A stretch of DNA of 64,000 nt from a virus, in the IMG/VR virus record IMGVR_UViG_3300042090_002148; one strand, written 5' to 3'. A program made the translations under genes and the position numbers. Below the pieces are notes generated by a model. That model searched no databases and was not told the origin of the DNA. It saw only the letters and a program-made list of their open reading frames with translations. Below, in pieces: positions 18,521 through 26,197 of this stretch (position 1 is its first letter; every line of letters begins with the position of its first letter).

Positions 18521-19153
18521 TCAGGCGGCTACGGTCCAAACAAGAGACCGCCCCAAGCGGTCCCCCTGGATCATGTCGATGTCCACCTCGAGGGTGGTGG
18601 TCCCGACCGTGATGATCTGGTCGGGCGGGAACAGCTGGTACATCACGTATCCGCAGGTAGAGACCTCCGGGACCTCCGAGCACGAGTGCCAGTAGGCGTG
18701 GATGTGGTTGAGCGCGTAGAGCTGCACTCCGGTGAGCGGGATGCCTGCGCCGACGTAGACGCCGGGGATGTAGCCGGCGGCTTCGACAACAGCGCCCCAG
18801 GCTTCTGCGAACGCGATGGTGTCGGCGGCCGTGCCGCCCATGCCCTCGAGGTCGAGGAATGTGTGCGTCCCCTTCGGGATGCCGAGCTGCTCAAGCTTGC
18901 GGACGTGCGCGTCGCCGTCGGTGGTCCCGAGGCTTGCGTCGGGCATCCAGCCGACAGCTCGCGAGAAGCTCACAGTGACGAGACCCAGACCCGCGGCCGT
19001 AATGAGCTCTACCTCGCCGACGGTCAGCTGCTCGACGTAGCGGGCAACGAAGTCGTACTTGGGACGGAGCCCTTGTACATCGGCCTCCGTGAGCGTCGCG
19101 ATGGTGTCGATGCCGCGCGCACCCACGAAGGCCTTCTGTACTGCCAGACTCAT
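18521..19153 (-). CDS. DUF1906/Rv2525c-like glycoside hydrolase (putative endolysin)
   Basis: RGIDT...YDFVARY...GEVELITAAGLGLV...TFLDLEG...GYIPGVYVG...YW...MYQ...VDID. Confidence 0.75.
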   Translation of the reverse strand: MSLAVQKAFVGARGIDTIATLTEADVQGLRPKYDFVARYVEQLTVGEVELITAAGLGLVTVSFSRAVGWMPDASLGTTDGDAHVRKLEQLGIPKGTHTFLDLEGMGGTAADTIAFAEAWGAVVEAAGYIPGVYVGAGIPLTGVQLYALNHIHAYWHSCSEVPEVSTCGYVMYQLFPPDQIITVGTTTLEVDIDMIQGDRLGRSLVWTVAA

Positions 19154-19201
19154 GTAGCTGATGTACCGGTTCTGTCGGAAGTACGCAAGAACAACTTGTT
19201 C

Positions 19202-19696
19202 TTACGGATGCGCCCCCCACCTCGTCAGGTGCTTCGCGCTGGCCTTGGCGTCCTCGAGGCCAGGGAGGCTTGCCACGGGAGTCGTGGCTTTCGCGGTGTA
19301 CTGGTCAACGATGGCGATGACCTGGTTCACAGCATCCGTCACCGCCGCCATGGCGCCGGAGAAGTCCGGGTTCGCCTGCTTCGCATCGGCTGCGGCCGTG
19401 ACCGCGTCGTTGAGCGCGACGAGAGCATGGTTCACCGTGGCGATGGCGTTGTTGAAGTCCGTCGTGGCCTGGGCCTGATCCGCCGGCGCGAGCCTGGGCA
19501 GGAGAAGGTTGAACGCGACCTGTGCGCCCGAGAGCGCGACCTGAGCTCCCTGCTCGAACGTCGTGACCTGCGCGACCGGGTTGGACTGGAAGTTCTGCCA
19601 CCAGGTGCTCACCTCGGCGCATCCCGCCGACACGGCCGTGACCGCGAGCAACGCCAGCATCCCGACCAACGCGACCAGACTCTTCTTCCTGTTCAT
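19202..19696 (-). CDS. Lipoprotein (alpha-helical)
   Basis: Signal peptide MNRKKSLVALVGMLALLAVTAVSAG|C lipobox. Confidence 0.7.
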   Translation of the reverse strand: MNRKKSLVALVGMLALLAVTAVSAGCAEVSTWWQNFQSNPVAQVTTFEQGAQVALSGAQVAFNLLLPRLAPADQAQATTDFNNAIATVNHALVALNDAVTAAADAKQANPDFSGAMAAVTDAVNQVIAIVDQYTAKATTPVASLPGLEDAKASAKHLTRWGAHP

Positions 19697-19699
19697 GGA

Positions 19700-20290
19700 C
19701 TACCTCTTCTTGTGACCGACTTCACTGCAGAGGCGCTGCATTGCCGCATCGTCCGCCGGCACGTGACCACCACGCACCATCGCGGCCAAGATGTAACCGC
19801 AGGCCTCGGCATCGGCAACCGCGCGATGCGCGCCGCTCAGCGTGACCCCGAAGCGAGGAGCCACCTCCGCGAGCTTGTTGCCCGGCGTTGGGTGGTACTT
19901 CCTGGCTAAGTCGAGCGTGCAGATGCGAAACTCCGGTGCGCGATACTTCGCGTTGCACCGGTTGAACTCCTGCAGCAGCATCCGCTCGTCGAAGCTGAAG
20001 TTGTGGGAGACCCACACCGGTGCGTCGAGCTCCACGAGGAGCTGCGGAAGCATGTCCTGGAAGGTAGGTTGTCCCTGGAGCTGCTCTCGGGTGATGCCGT
20101 TCACCTTGAGGGCGCCCTGCACGTCCTGGTCGTTCCAGTCCACGTCCGACGGACAGAACAAACTCGACCAACGCCGCACGGCGATGCCGCGCTCGAAGGT
20201 CACCACACCCAGCTCAATGATCCGCGAGCTCTTCTTGAAGCCCGTCGATTCCACATCCCACGCAGCCCACGATTGCTCAAACCACCGCAT
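19700..20290 (-). CDS. DEDDh 3'-5' exonuclease (DNA polymerase III epsilon-like)
   Basis: AAWDVESTG, IIELG, SHNFSFDERML, CTLDLA, AHRAVADA. Confidence 0.9.
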   Translation of the reverse strand: MRWFEQSWAAWDVESTGFKKSSRIIELGVVTFERGIAVRRWSSLFCPSDVDWNDQDVQGALKVNGITREQLQGQPTFQDMLPQLLVELDAPVWVSHNFSFDERMLLQEFNRCNAKYRAPEFRICTLDLARKYHPTPGNKLAEVAPRFGVTLSGAHRAVADAEACGYILAAMVRGGHVPADDAAMQRLCSEVGHKKR

Positions 20291-20852
20291 GATGGCCTCT
20301 TTTATGCGGGCATCCGCCTAGATGATGGCTCTTCGCGAAGTTGCAGTTGTGACACAGTACTTGAAACCCTTTCGGGAACTTGTTCCGCACCAACCACGCG
20401 TACATGTTGCTGCTTCCAACCATCTTGCCTGAGGAGCTGAGAGAGCGCCGATGGGCATTGCCTCCGCCTTTCTTGTGGTCGATGGCCAAGAATGCGGGGT
20501 GTGATTCGCCACAGCACGAACACTCCCCTCCATACGCGGCTAACACGGCTACGCGATTAGCGCGGTGCCTCTCATTGGCGCGCGCGTTGTCCTGTAGACG
20601 ATGCTTCTCCTTGTTCGTTTTCCTCCACGCGTACGTGTCCTTCTTCTTGCACTTCTTGCAGATCCGGTGCCCTTTGAATGTCGGACCGCTACCACCGCAC
20701 CGAGGGCAGACTCGGCGGCGCTCTGGGCCTTTGACGACCGTCAATGGATCTCCGTGCCTTCGCCAACGACGGTAGTGCCGCTCGCACCAGCCACGGCAGA
20801 GAACCTCTCTGCTGCAGTGTTTGACGGAGCACTTGGACGGCACGAGACACAA
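20277..20852 (-). CDS. HNH homing endonuclease
   Basis: CSCCGESHPAFLAIDH...FQVLCHNCNFAK; N-terminal CxxxxC...GWCERHY; lower GC3, AT-rich upstream spacer. Confidence 0.8.
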   Translation of the reverse strand: MCLVPSKCSVKHCSREVLCRGWCERHYRRWRRHGDPLTVVKGPERRRVCPRCGGSGPTFKGHRICKKCKKKDTYAWRKTNKEKHRLQDNARANERHRANRVAVLAAYGGECSCCGESHPAFLAIDHKKGGGNAHRRSLSSSGKMVGSSNMYAWLVRNKFPKGFQVLCHNCNFAKSHHLGGCPHKRGHHAVV

Positions 20853-20874
20853 GTAAAGCCTAACTGTATCAAAG

Positions 20875-21378
20875 TCAAGCCAATCTCGTCAGCGTTGAAG
20901 GAAGGTCCTCCCAGGTCACCGCTGCTCGCCCGCACATGGAACAACGTCCGGCGTGAGCGTCTCGGATGATCCCAGTAGCCTCCTTGGCTCCTGCCAGCAG
21001 ATCTTCTGCCATCTCCTTGCGCAGCATGCGCTCCACGAGGAGTCCCATACCTTCTCCCTCATCGGAAAGAAAGATTGCCCCGTAGAGCGCGGACATCTGG
21101 AGCGCCCGATCCCCATCGGCGAGCCACCTCTCGAGCCACGCCCGTACCAGAACACCCCGGACAAGGCCCGGTCCGATGACTAAGAAACCGGACTCGAGCT
21201 GGCCCCTGCCCAGCATGCAGTCCGTGATCGTGGTCCGGAGGCGCTCGATGCCGTACTTCGCCACGTAGACAGCCAAGGCCGTGTCGTTCAGCACCGTGAC
21301 ATCCGCGGTAGCGAGCTGCTTGTTCCCCAGCCTCTTGCGCCAATGCGCGAGAACGCAGCTGAACTGGGGAACAAGCAT
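20875..21378 (-). CDS. Hypothetical protein
   Basis: 167 aa starting MLVPQFSC. Confidence 0.5.
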   Translation of the reverse strand: MLVPQFSCVLAHWRKRLGNKQLATADVTVLNDTALAVYVAKYGIERLRTTITDCMLGRGQLESGFLVIGPGLVRGVLVRAWLERWLADGDRALQMSALYGAIFLSDEGEGMGLLVERMLRKEMAEDLLAGAKEATGIIRDAHAGRCSMCGRAAVTWEDLPSTLTRLA

Positions 21379-21386
21379 CGCCTGCT

Positions 21387-21866
21387 TCACTTGCCGTCGT
21401 TGTAGTGGATCTTGCCGTCGTCGCCCAGGTAGAACTCCGGGACGCCGTATGCCGCGCAAGCGATCGTGAGCGCCTCGCCGTGGAACCAGCTGCCGTCCCA
21501 GAACCCCATCGTGCTGGAGTCGGCACCTCTGCGAGTGTGCCAGAAGTGCTCGCCGGCGAACTGCATGTCGGTCCGACTGATCGGGTCGGAGAAGACGCGC
21601 CCGCCGATGATAAGGCTCTCGTATTCCTCCCTGAAGATGGCGCACTCCTTCCAGATGCGCGCGAGACTCTCATGGTGGAGATCGAGTCGCGTGTACTTGT
21701 TATGGAGCGTGGTCACGGCCACGTCATCCTCGTTGTAGATGTACGTGTTGCCCAGCCCCGCCTCGATGAAGGCGTTGCCGAACAGACCAAGCGCGTGGGC
21801 CGGCGACCGGCCCATGAAGAGACAGTGATGAACGAACTCAGCCGTCACACTCGTCGTCATCGTCAT
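21387..21866 (-). CDS. Hypothetical phage protein
   Basis: AGEHFWHTRRG...GFWDG...YLGDDGKI, a motif pattern common in phage accessory genes. Confidence 0.6.
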   Translation of the reverse strand: MTMTTSVTAEFVHHCLFMGRSPAHALGLFGNAFIEAGLGNTYIYNEDDVAVTTLHNKYTRLDLHHESLARIWKECAIFREEYESLIIGGRVFSDPISRTDMQFAGEHFWHTRRGADSSTMGFWDGSWFHGEALTIACAAYGVPEFYLGDDGKIHYNDGK

Positions 21867-22047
21867 CGAGCACCTGCTTCTCGTCCTCCTCAGGGCGTAA
21901 CGCCTCGAGCACCTCGTTGTTCAGCTCCTCGCGGACGATCTCGTAGAACCCCGGGATCGCCATGAGCTGGTCGACACTCATCCGCCCGAGAATCTCCTCG
22001 AGCTTCTCGTCGAACTCCTCCTGCGTCACGCTGCTGTAGTCAGGCAC
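21838..22047 (-). CDS. Small acidic protein
   Basis: 69 aa, LMAIPGFYEIVREELNNEVL. Confidence 0.6.
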   Translation of the reverse strand: MPDYSSVTQEEFDEKLEEILGRMSVDQLMAIPGFYEIVREELNNEVLEALRPEEDEKQVLDDDDDECDG

Positions 22048-22306
22048 CGATCTTCCCCTGCGTCTCTACGAGACGCTGCTTGGCACTGCGGCACAGGCGT
22101 TTGATGTGTGCTTCGCGCTTCAGCGCGTGTTCTCTGAACTCGAACCGTTCCTGGTAGACCAGCGTCCAGGGCCGCCCCGGACGTGTGGCCTTGGCTCCCC
22201 CGACGCCGTTGTGCTCGCCAACACGTCGCTCGAGGTCGTTCGTCATCCCGGTGTAGAGCTTGGTCTTCGACTTGTTCTCGAGGATGTAGACGAAGAACTC
22301 CATCAA
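22040..22306 (-). CDS. Short GIY-YIG nuclease (Slx1/YhbQ-like)
   Basis: FFVYIL...LYTGMTNDLERRVGEHNG...GAKATR..RPW.LVY.E...ALKRE..IK. Confidence 0.85.
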   Translation of the reverse strand: MMEFFVYILENKSKTKLYTGMTNDLERRVGEHNGVGGAKATRPGRPWTLVYQERFEFREHALKREAHIKRLCRSAKQRLVETQGKIGA

Positions 22307-22560
22307 CCCTCCTTCGGCTTGAGCGCGCCCGTTTCCAAGTCCAGCATCCCGATGAAGAGGTACTTCCAGCCAAGCCCGTGCGGACCGTCTGGGGCATGAG
22401 GTGGCGGGGTCTTGTGCGTGCAGTCTGTGCCAACCTTCATGCAGAGGACGCGCCCACAGTCCGCACTGTCCATCGCCTCGTTGCGAAACACGGCCCAGTC
22501 ACCGCCGCGCTTCTTCAGATCCTCCCGCATACCTTCCGTAACAACTGGTTCACTTGCCAC
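22303..22560 (-). CDS. Hypothetical protein
   Basis: 85 aa, coupled to neighbours. Confidence 0.55.
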   Translation of the reverse strand: MASEPVVTEGMREDLKKRGGDWAVFRNEAMDSADCGRVLCMKVGTDCTHKTPPPHAPDGPHGLGWKYLFIGMLDLETGALKPKEG

Positions 22561-22885
22561 GCGCGGCCTTTCTGGCGGTCACAGCCGCCGGAGTGTGTTG
22601 AGCTGCGAACGCCGACGCGCTCGCCTTGGGGACACGGATGGTCACTTGGGTCTTCGCCATCGTCGCGGTGGCGGTTGTTCCGTCAGTGAGGACGGTCACA
22701 ACCCCTTCCGCCCCTTCTGCAAGCGCACAGACGAAGTCGACGTAGACGTTGCTCGTCTGCTGCTCGAGAGGCGCGCAGACTGCGTCGGTGATGTCGGTGA
22801 TGAAGGTCTCGGCGTTCTTCGCCTCCTGGGCGGTGCAGGCGATCAGCGCCAGAACGGCTGCGCCCACAACGACTGTCTTCCTCAT
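22550..22885 (-). CDS. Lipoprotein
   Basis: MRKTVVVGAAVLALIA|C lipobox; AAGGAG RBS. Confidence 0.6.
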   Translation of the reverse strand: MRKTVVVGAAVLALIACTAQEAKNAETFITDITDAVCAPLEQQTSNVYVDFVCALAEGAEGVVTVLTDGTTATATMAKTQVTIRVPKASASAFAAQHTPAAVTARKAARGK

Positions 22886-23217
22886 GTCGATCTCCTTTGT
22901 GGTGGCTTCTTGGGAAGGAACTGTAGCGCAGGCGGGGTCGGGACCGGCTTGCCGATGGCGACCTTGCCCGAGCTCACCAGATTCGCGTACTGAGGCTCGT
23001 TCTTGTCCAGGACGCTCTGCGCCCACTTCCGCTGCTTGGGGCTCAGCGTTGTGCGGCCAGATCGCTGGAGCTGGTGGTGCATGTCGTCGAACGCTGAGTG
23101 TTCCTCGTCGCTCAGCTCGAAGGCGAGCAACTTCTTGATGAGGCTGACATCGGCGGCGTGAACCTCCTCCTTCGAGAGTTCGCTGACATCATCCCTGTCC
23201 TCTTCGTCCTTGAACAT
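22882..23217 (-). CDS. Hypothetical protein
   Basis: 111 aa, first gene after the leftward promoter at 23235. Confidence 0.6.
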   Translation of the reverse strand: MFKDEEDRDDVSELSKEEVHAADVSLIKKLLAFELSDEEHSAFDDMHHQLQRSGRTTLSPKQRKWAQSVLDKNEPQYANLVSSGKVAIGKPVPTPPALQFLPKKPPQRRST

Positions 23218-23234
23218 CTAGGGCCTCCGTTATT

Positions 23235-23261
23235 CTTGTACCGCGTAGTTCCGCCAGCTTG
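23235..23261 (-). promoter_or_regulatory. Bipartite phage promoter motif (leftward)
   Basis: CAA-N15-CGGTACAAG, then GGAGG and ATG at 23217. Confidence 0.7.
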
Positions 23262-23263
23262 CA

Positions 23264-23290
23264 CAAGCACGGAAGAGAACACGGGACAAG
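23264..23290 (+). promoter_or_regulatory. Bipartite phage promoter motif (rightward)
   Basis: CAA-N15-CGGGACAAG, then GGAGG and ATG at 23308. Confidence 0.7.
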
Positions 23291-23307
23291 AGGAATGGAG
23301 GAAGAAC

Positions 23308-23673
23308 ATGGCCAAGACGCTGAAACTACGCCCGGAGGTTGCAGCCTTCGCACAGCTGATGGAGCGAGAGCTCCGGAAGAACGATCACAAAGGAGGGTGG
23401 AAGGATGACACCACTCACGAGCTCCTGGAGCGTCTCTTCGAGGAGACTGCGGAGCTCATCGGCTCCTTCCGGCCTTCGGGGAAGCGCGACCGGAAGAGGT
23501 GGAACGAGCGCCAACTGCTCCTCACCAAGCACCACGCCGAGATGGCCGCGGAGCAGATTGCTGATGTGACGATGAAGCCCACACGCACGTCCGTTTCCGA
23601 AGCGGTGGACGTAGCGAACTTCTGCCTCTTCGTAGTCGACGTGATGGGCAGCCTGCCCAAGGAGACGCCGTAG
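23308..23673 (+). CDS. All-alpha NTP pyrophosphohydrolase-like (MazG-like) protein
   Basis: AFAQLMERELRKNDHKGGW...RLFEETAEL...SEAVDVANF (ExxE / ExxD pattern). Confidence 0.6.
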   Translation: MAKTLKLRPEVAAFAQLMERELRKNDHKGGWKDDTTHELLERLFEETAELIGSFRPSGKRDRKRWNERQLLLTKHHAEMAAEQIADVTMKPTRTSVSEAVDVANFCLFVVDVMGSLPKETP

Positions 23674-24005
23674 TGCTCGACCCCGACCTTGCCGCACGGA
23701 AACTCTACGAGACAGTCAGCGCAGACTCGGACCATGTGACCTGGCTCAACTTGCGGCCCGGCGCAAAGGAGAACTACCGAAGGGCAGCAATGCTCATTGC
23801 GGCCAGCACACCGGCCCCTCTGGTCATCCACTGCACCTCGGTGGTGATCGCTCCCTACGCCGTGGACATCCACAAGCATATCTACGCCGACGTCACCAAT
23901 GAGAGTATCGAAGAGGCCGTCGAGGAGTTCCGGAAGTTCCTCAAGGAGGAGGCGGAATCCTGGAAGGCGCGCTACTCGCTGCTTCAGCCCAAGGAGAAGG
24001 CATGA
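23673..24005 (+). CDS. Hypothetical protein
   Basis: 110 aa, coupled to both neighbours. Confidence 0.6.
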   Translation: MLDPDLAARKLYETVSADSDHVTWLNLRPGAKENYRRAAMLIAASTPAPLVIHCTSVVIAPYAVDIHKHIYADVTNESIEEAVEEFRKFLKEEAESWKARYSLLQPKEKA

Positions 24006-24643
24006 CCGAGAACATCCGACACAGCTCGGCCTCGAACGAGCACTACACACCACCTGAGATCGTCGAGGCGGCGCGCTTCACCCTCGGGCACATCGACCTT
24101 GATCCCGCGAGCTGCGCGAAAGCCAACGCCGTGGTGCGCGCCTCGCGCTGGTACGGCCTTGTCGACAACGGGTACCAGCAGGACTTCGAGGGCAACGTCT
24201 TCCTCAACCCGCCCGGGGGCTGGTGCGACGTCTATGGTCGCCCGGTCATCAAGAAGTCCAAAGACAAGGCAGCCTGCACCCTCACGGGCGAGTGCGGGCT
24301 CGCTCCGGGGCACACGCACACGGGCACCGAGTCCTCGCAGAAGCTCTGGTGGCAACGGCTCGCGCAGGCGTGGGCTGAGGGGTACGTCCACAACGCAGTC
24401 TTCGTCTGCTTCTCCATCGAGCTCCTGCAGTCCACACAGGTTGACCCAAAAGGTCCTCTGCCACTCGAGTTCCCCATCTGCTACCCGGCACGCCGTGTGC
24501 CCTACATCGGCGAGGACGGGAAGCCACAGGGCAGTCCCCCACACGCGAGCTGCATCATCTGTCTGACGAACAGACCAGATGTGCTCAAGCGCTTCATCGA
24601 CCACTTCTCAACGTTCGGGCACATCGTGGTGCCGCGTGCCTGA
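24002..24643 (+). CDS. Phage DNA N6-adenine methyltransferase-like protein with NPPG motif
   Basis: EHYTPPEIV...IDLDPASC..AN...VFLNPPGG...ICYPARRVPY. Confidence 0.75.
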   Translation: MTENIRHSSASNEHYTPPEIVEAARFTLGHIDLDPASCAKANAVVRASRWYGLVDNGYQQDFEGNVFLNPPGGWCDVYGRPVIKKSKDKAACTLTGECGLAPGHTHTGTESSQKLWWQRLAQAWAEGYVHNAVFVCFSIELLQSTQVDPKGPLPLEFPICYPARRVPYIGEDGKPQGSPPHASCIICLTNRPDVLKRFIDHFSTFGHIVVPRA

Positions 24644-24833
24644 GGGACGGCCGCTCACCCGCGACGAAGTCCGAGAGTTCCTCAACCGCAAAGGCACACG
24701 GCGAAGAGAGGCACACTCGTTCACGAAGCGAATCCTGCACTGGCCCTACTGCGCGCACTGCGGGCTCGTGCTCCTGAAGAACGAAACCACACGTCGTGCA
24801 GCCAAGGCGCTGTGCGAATGGGAGGACGACTGA
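24636..24833 (+). CDS. Small zinc-finger protein
   Basis: 65 aa, HSF...WPYCAHCGLVLLKN...CEWEDD. Confidence 0.55.
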   Translation: MPEGRPLTRDEVREFLNRKGTRRREAHSFTKRILHWPYCAHCGLVLLKNETTRRAAKALCEWEDD

Positions 24834-24834
24834 G

Positions 24835-24872
24835 GGCTAAGAAGAAGGGGAGCTCCTCCCCTTCTTTTAGCT
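24835..24872. terminator. Bidirectional terminator with a TTAGC tail on both strands
   Basis: AAGAAGGGGAG-ctc-CTCCCCTTCTT stem between convergent genes; ggctaa on the left and TTAGCT on the right. Confidence 0.8.
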
Positions 24873-25083
24873 ATGGCTTCAGGTTCTTGAACGCCTCGTT
24901 GACGCGGTACTCGACCTTGTCATCTTGCTGTCGAGCCATCGAGTTCATGGCGTGCACGAGACGCGCCTGGTTCGTGCTCATCTTGGGCCTGCCGCGGAGT
25001 ACTTTCTCAACGCGCTCGGCCATCGTGAGGGTGTTGTCCTTCATCACAGCGGCTCGCCACGCTGCGTCGTCTGCCTCTGACAT
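24871..25083 (-). CDS. Hypothetical protein
   Basis: 70 aa, AAGGAG RBS. Confidence 0.55.
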   Translation of the reverse strand: MSEADDAAWRAAVMKDNTLTMAERVEKVLRGRPKMSTNQARLVHAMNSMARQQDDKVEYRVNEAFKNLKP

Positions 25084-25090
25084 GCTCCTT

Positions 25091-25606
25091 CTACTCCGAT
25101 AGGGTTACCTCGATCTGAGTCTCCAGCGTGTCTCCCGCGACCAGGGCGACGTCGCTATCGAGCTTCAGATCGAAGCAGATGTACTCGACAGGAACGGGCA
25201 CTGAGATGCTGCAAGTGAACGTGCCGTCCTCACTGAGCTTGGTGTCGCTGACCGTTGCGAATGTGAGAGGCGACGCCTTCATGTCCGGCGTGCCGATGGC
25301 CTTCATGATCTTGGCGATCTCCGCCTTCGCGATGCTGTCACGCATCGTCTGCTCGTCGCGGAGAACCATCTCGACACGGTCTGCCATCGGCACCCGCTCA
25401 TCCTCGAGCACCATCTTTCGCCACACGGCGACACGCCTGTCGATGTCCTGGAGCCACAGCCCTGTGACTTCTTCTTGTGTGCGGGCAGCATCTGCCGGCG
25501 GAAGAGGCTCAGGTGCGGACAACAGGGAGGACACCGAAGCGGCTGTGCATGAAGCGGGGTCGGCTTGGTCCACGGGAACCCCCGGGTGGGGCAGCCAGGG
25601 ATTCAT
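25091..25606 (-). CDS. Hypothetical protein
   Basis: 171 aa, GGAGGTGA RBS. Confidence 0.6.
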   Translation of the reverse strand: MNPWLPHPGVPVDQADPASCTAASVSSLLSAPEPLPPADAARTQEEVTGLWLQDIDRRVAVWRKMVLEDERVPMADRVEMVLRDEQTMRDSIAKAEIAKIMKAIGTPDMKASPLTFATVSDTKLSEDGTFTCSISVPVPVEYICFDLKLDSDVALVAGDTLETQIEVTLSE

Positions 25607-25874
25607 CTATCACCTCCTTGCCGGTGTGCGTGTCGATGACCTTCCAGAGGTACAGGGTGACGGGGACCTTCGTCTTCTTCGACGCGATCGTCGCCTCCTT
25701 GATCCGCTGGGTCTTGCAGGCGAGGGCGTCGGCGACGGTTCCTCGGCTGGCAACGGCTTTCCCGTTGTACTGGATGACGTAGCGCAGACTGCCAGTACGA
25801 CCAGCAGCGCGAACAGATGGGCGCGGTTTAGCCGCGGTCGTTCGGCGGCGTCGGGTGACACTCGGTAGGCTCAT
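25509..25874 (-). CDS. Hypothetical basic protein
   Basis: GC3-rich frame RYVIQYNGK...LYLWKVIDTHTGK; start uncertain. Confidence 0.45.
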   Translation of the reverse strand: MSLPSVTRRRRTTAAKPRPSVRAAGRTGSLRYVIQYNGKAVASRGTVADALACKTQRIKEATIASKKTKVPVTLYLWKVIDTHTGKEVIDESLAAPPGGSRGPSRPRFMHSRFGVLPVVRT

Positions 25875-26196
25875 GCTGCTGGGCAGTGTACTGGTCGCCA
25901 TCCTGCGTGACCAGGACCGTTCTGTCCGGGCCGATGCCCTTGTCGATGCCGAGCACGGCCTCGAACTCCCGGCCCTGGGCGTCGGTGACGATGAACGTGT
26001 CCTTGCTCCTGGGGGTCGTCAGAGCTCGCTCGAGGGCGCGGTCGATCTGAGCCTTGGTGCGGCGCTGCCCGAGCTCTTGCTGCCGGCGCTGACGTCGGTT
26101 CAGCCTCGCCGGTGGCGGGGGAGGGGGAGCTGCCGCGGGGACCTGGGGCGCCTTCTTGCCGAGGGCGACCAGGCTGTTGCGGATGAAGTTTCGCAT
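25828..26196 (-). CDS. Hypothetical protein
   Basis: MRNFIRNSL..., GAGGAG RBS. Confidence 0.5.
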   Translation of the reverse strand: MRNFIRNSLVALGKKAPQVPAAAPPPPPPARLNRRQRRQQELGQRRTKAQIDRALERALTTPRSKDTFIVTDAQGREFEAVLGIDKGIGPDRTVLVTQDGDQYTAQQHEPTECHPTPPNDRG

Positions 26197-26197
26197 G

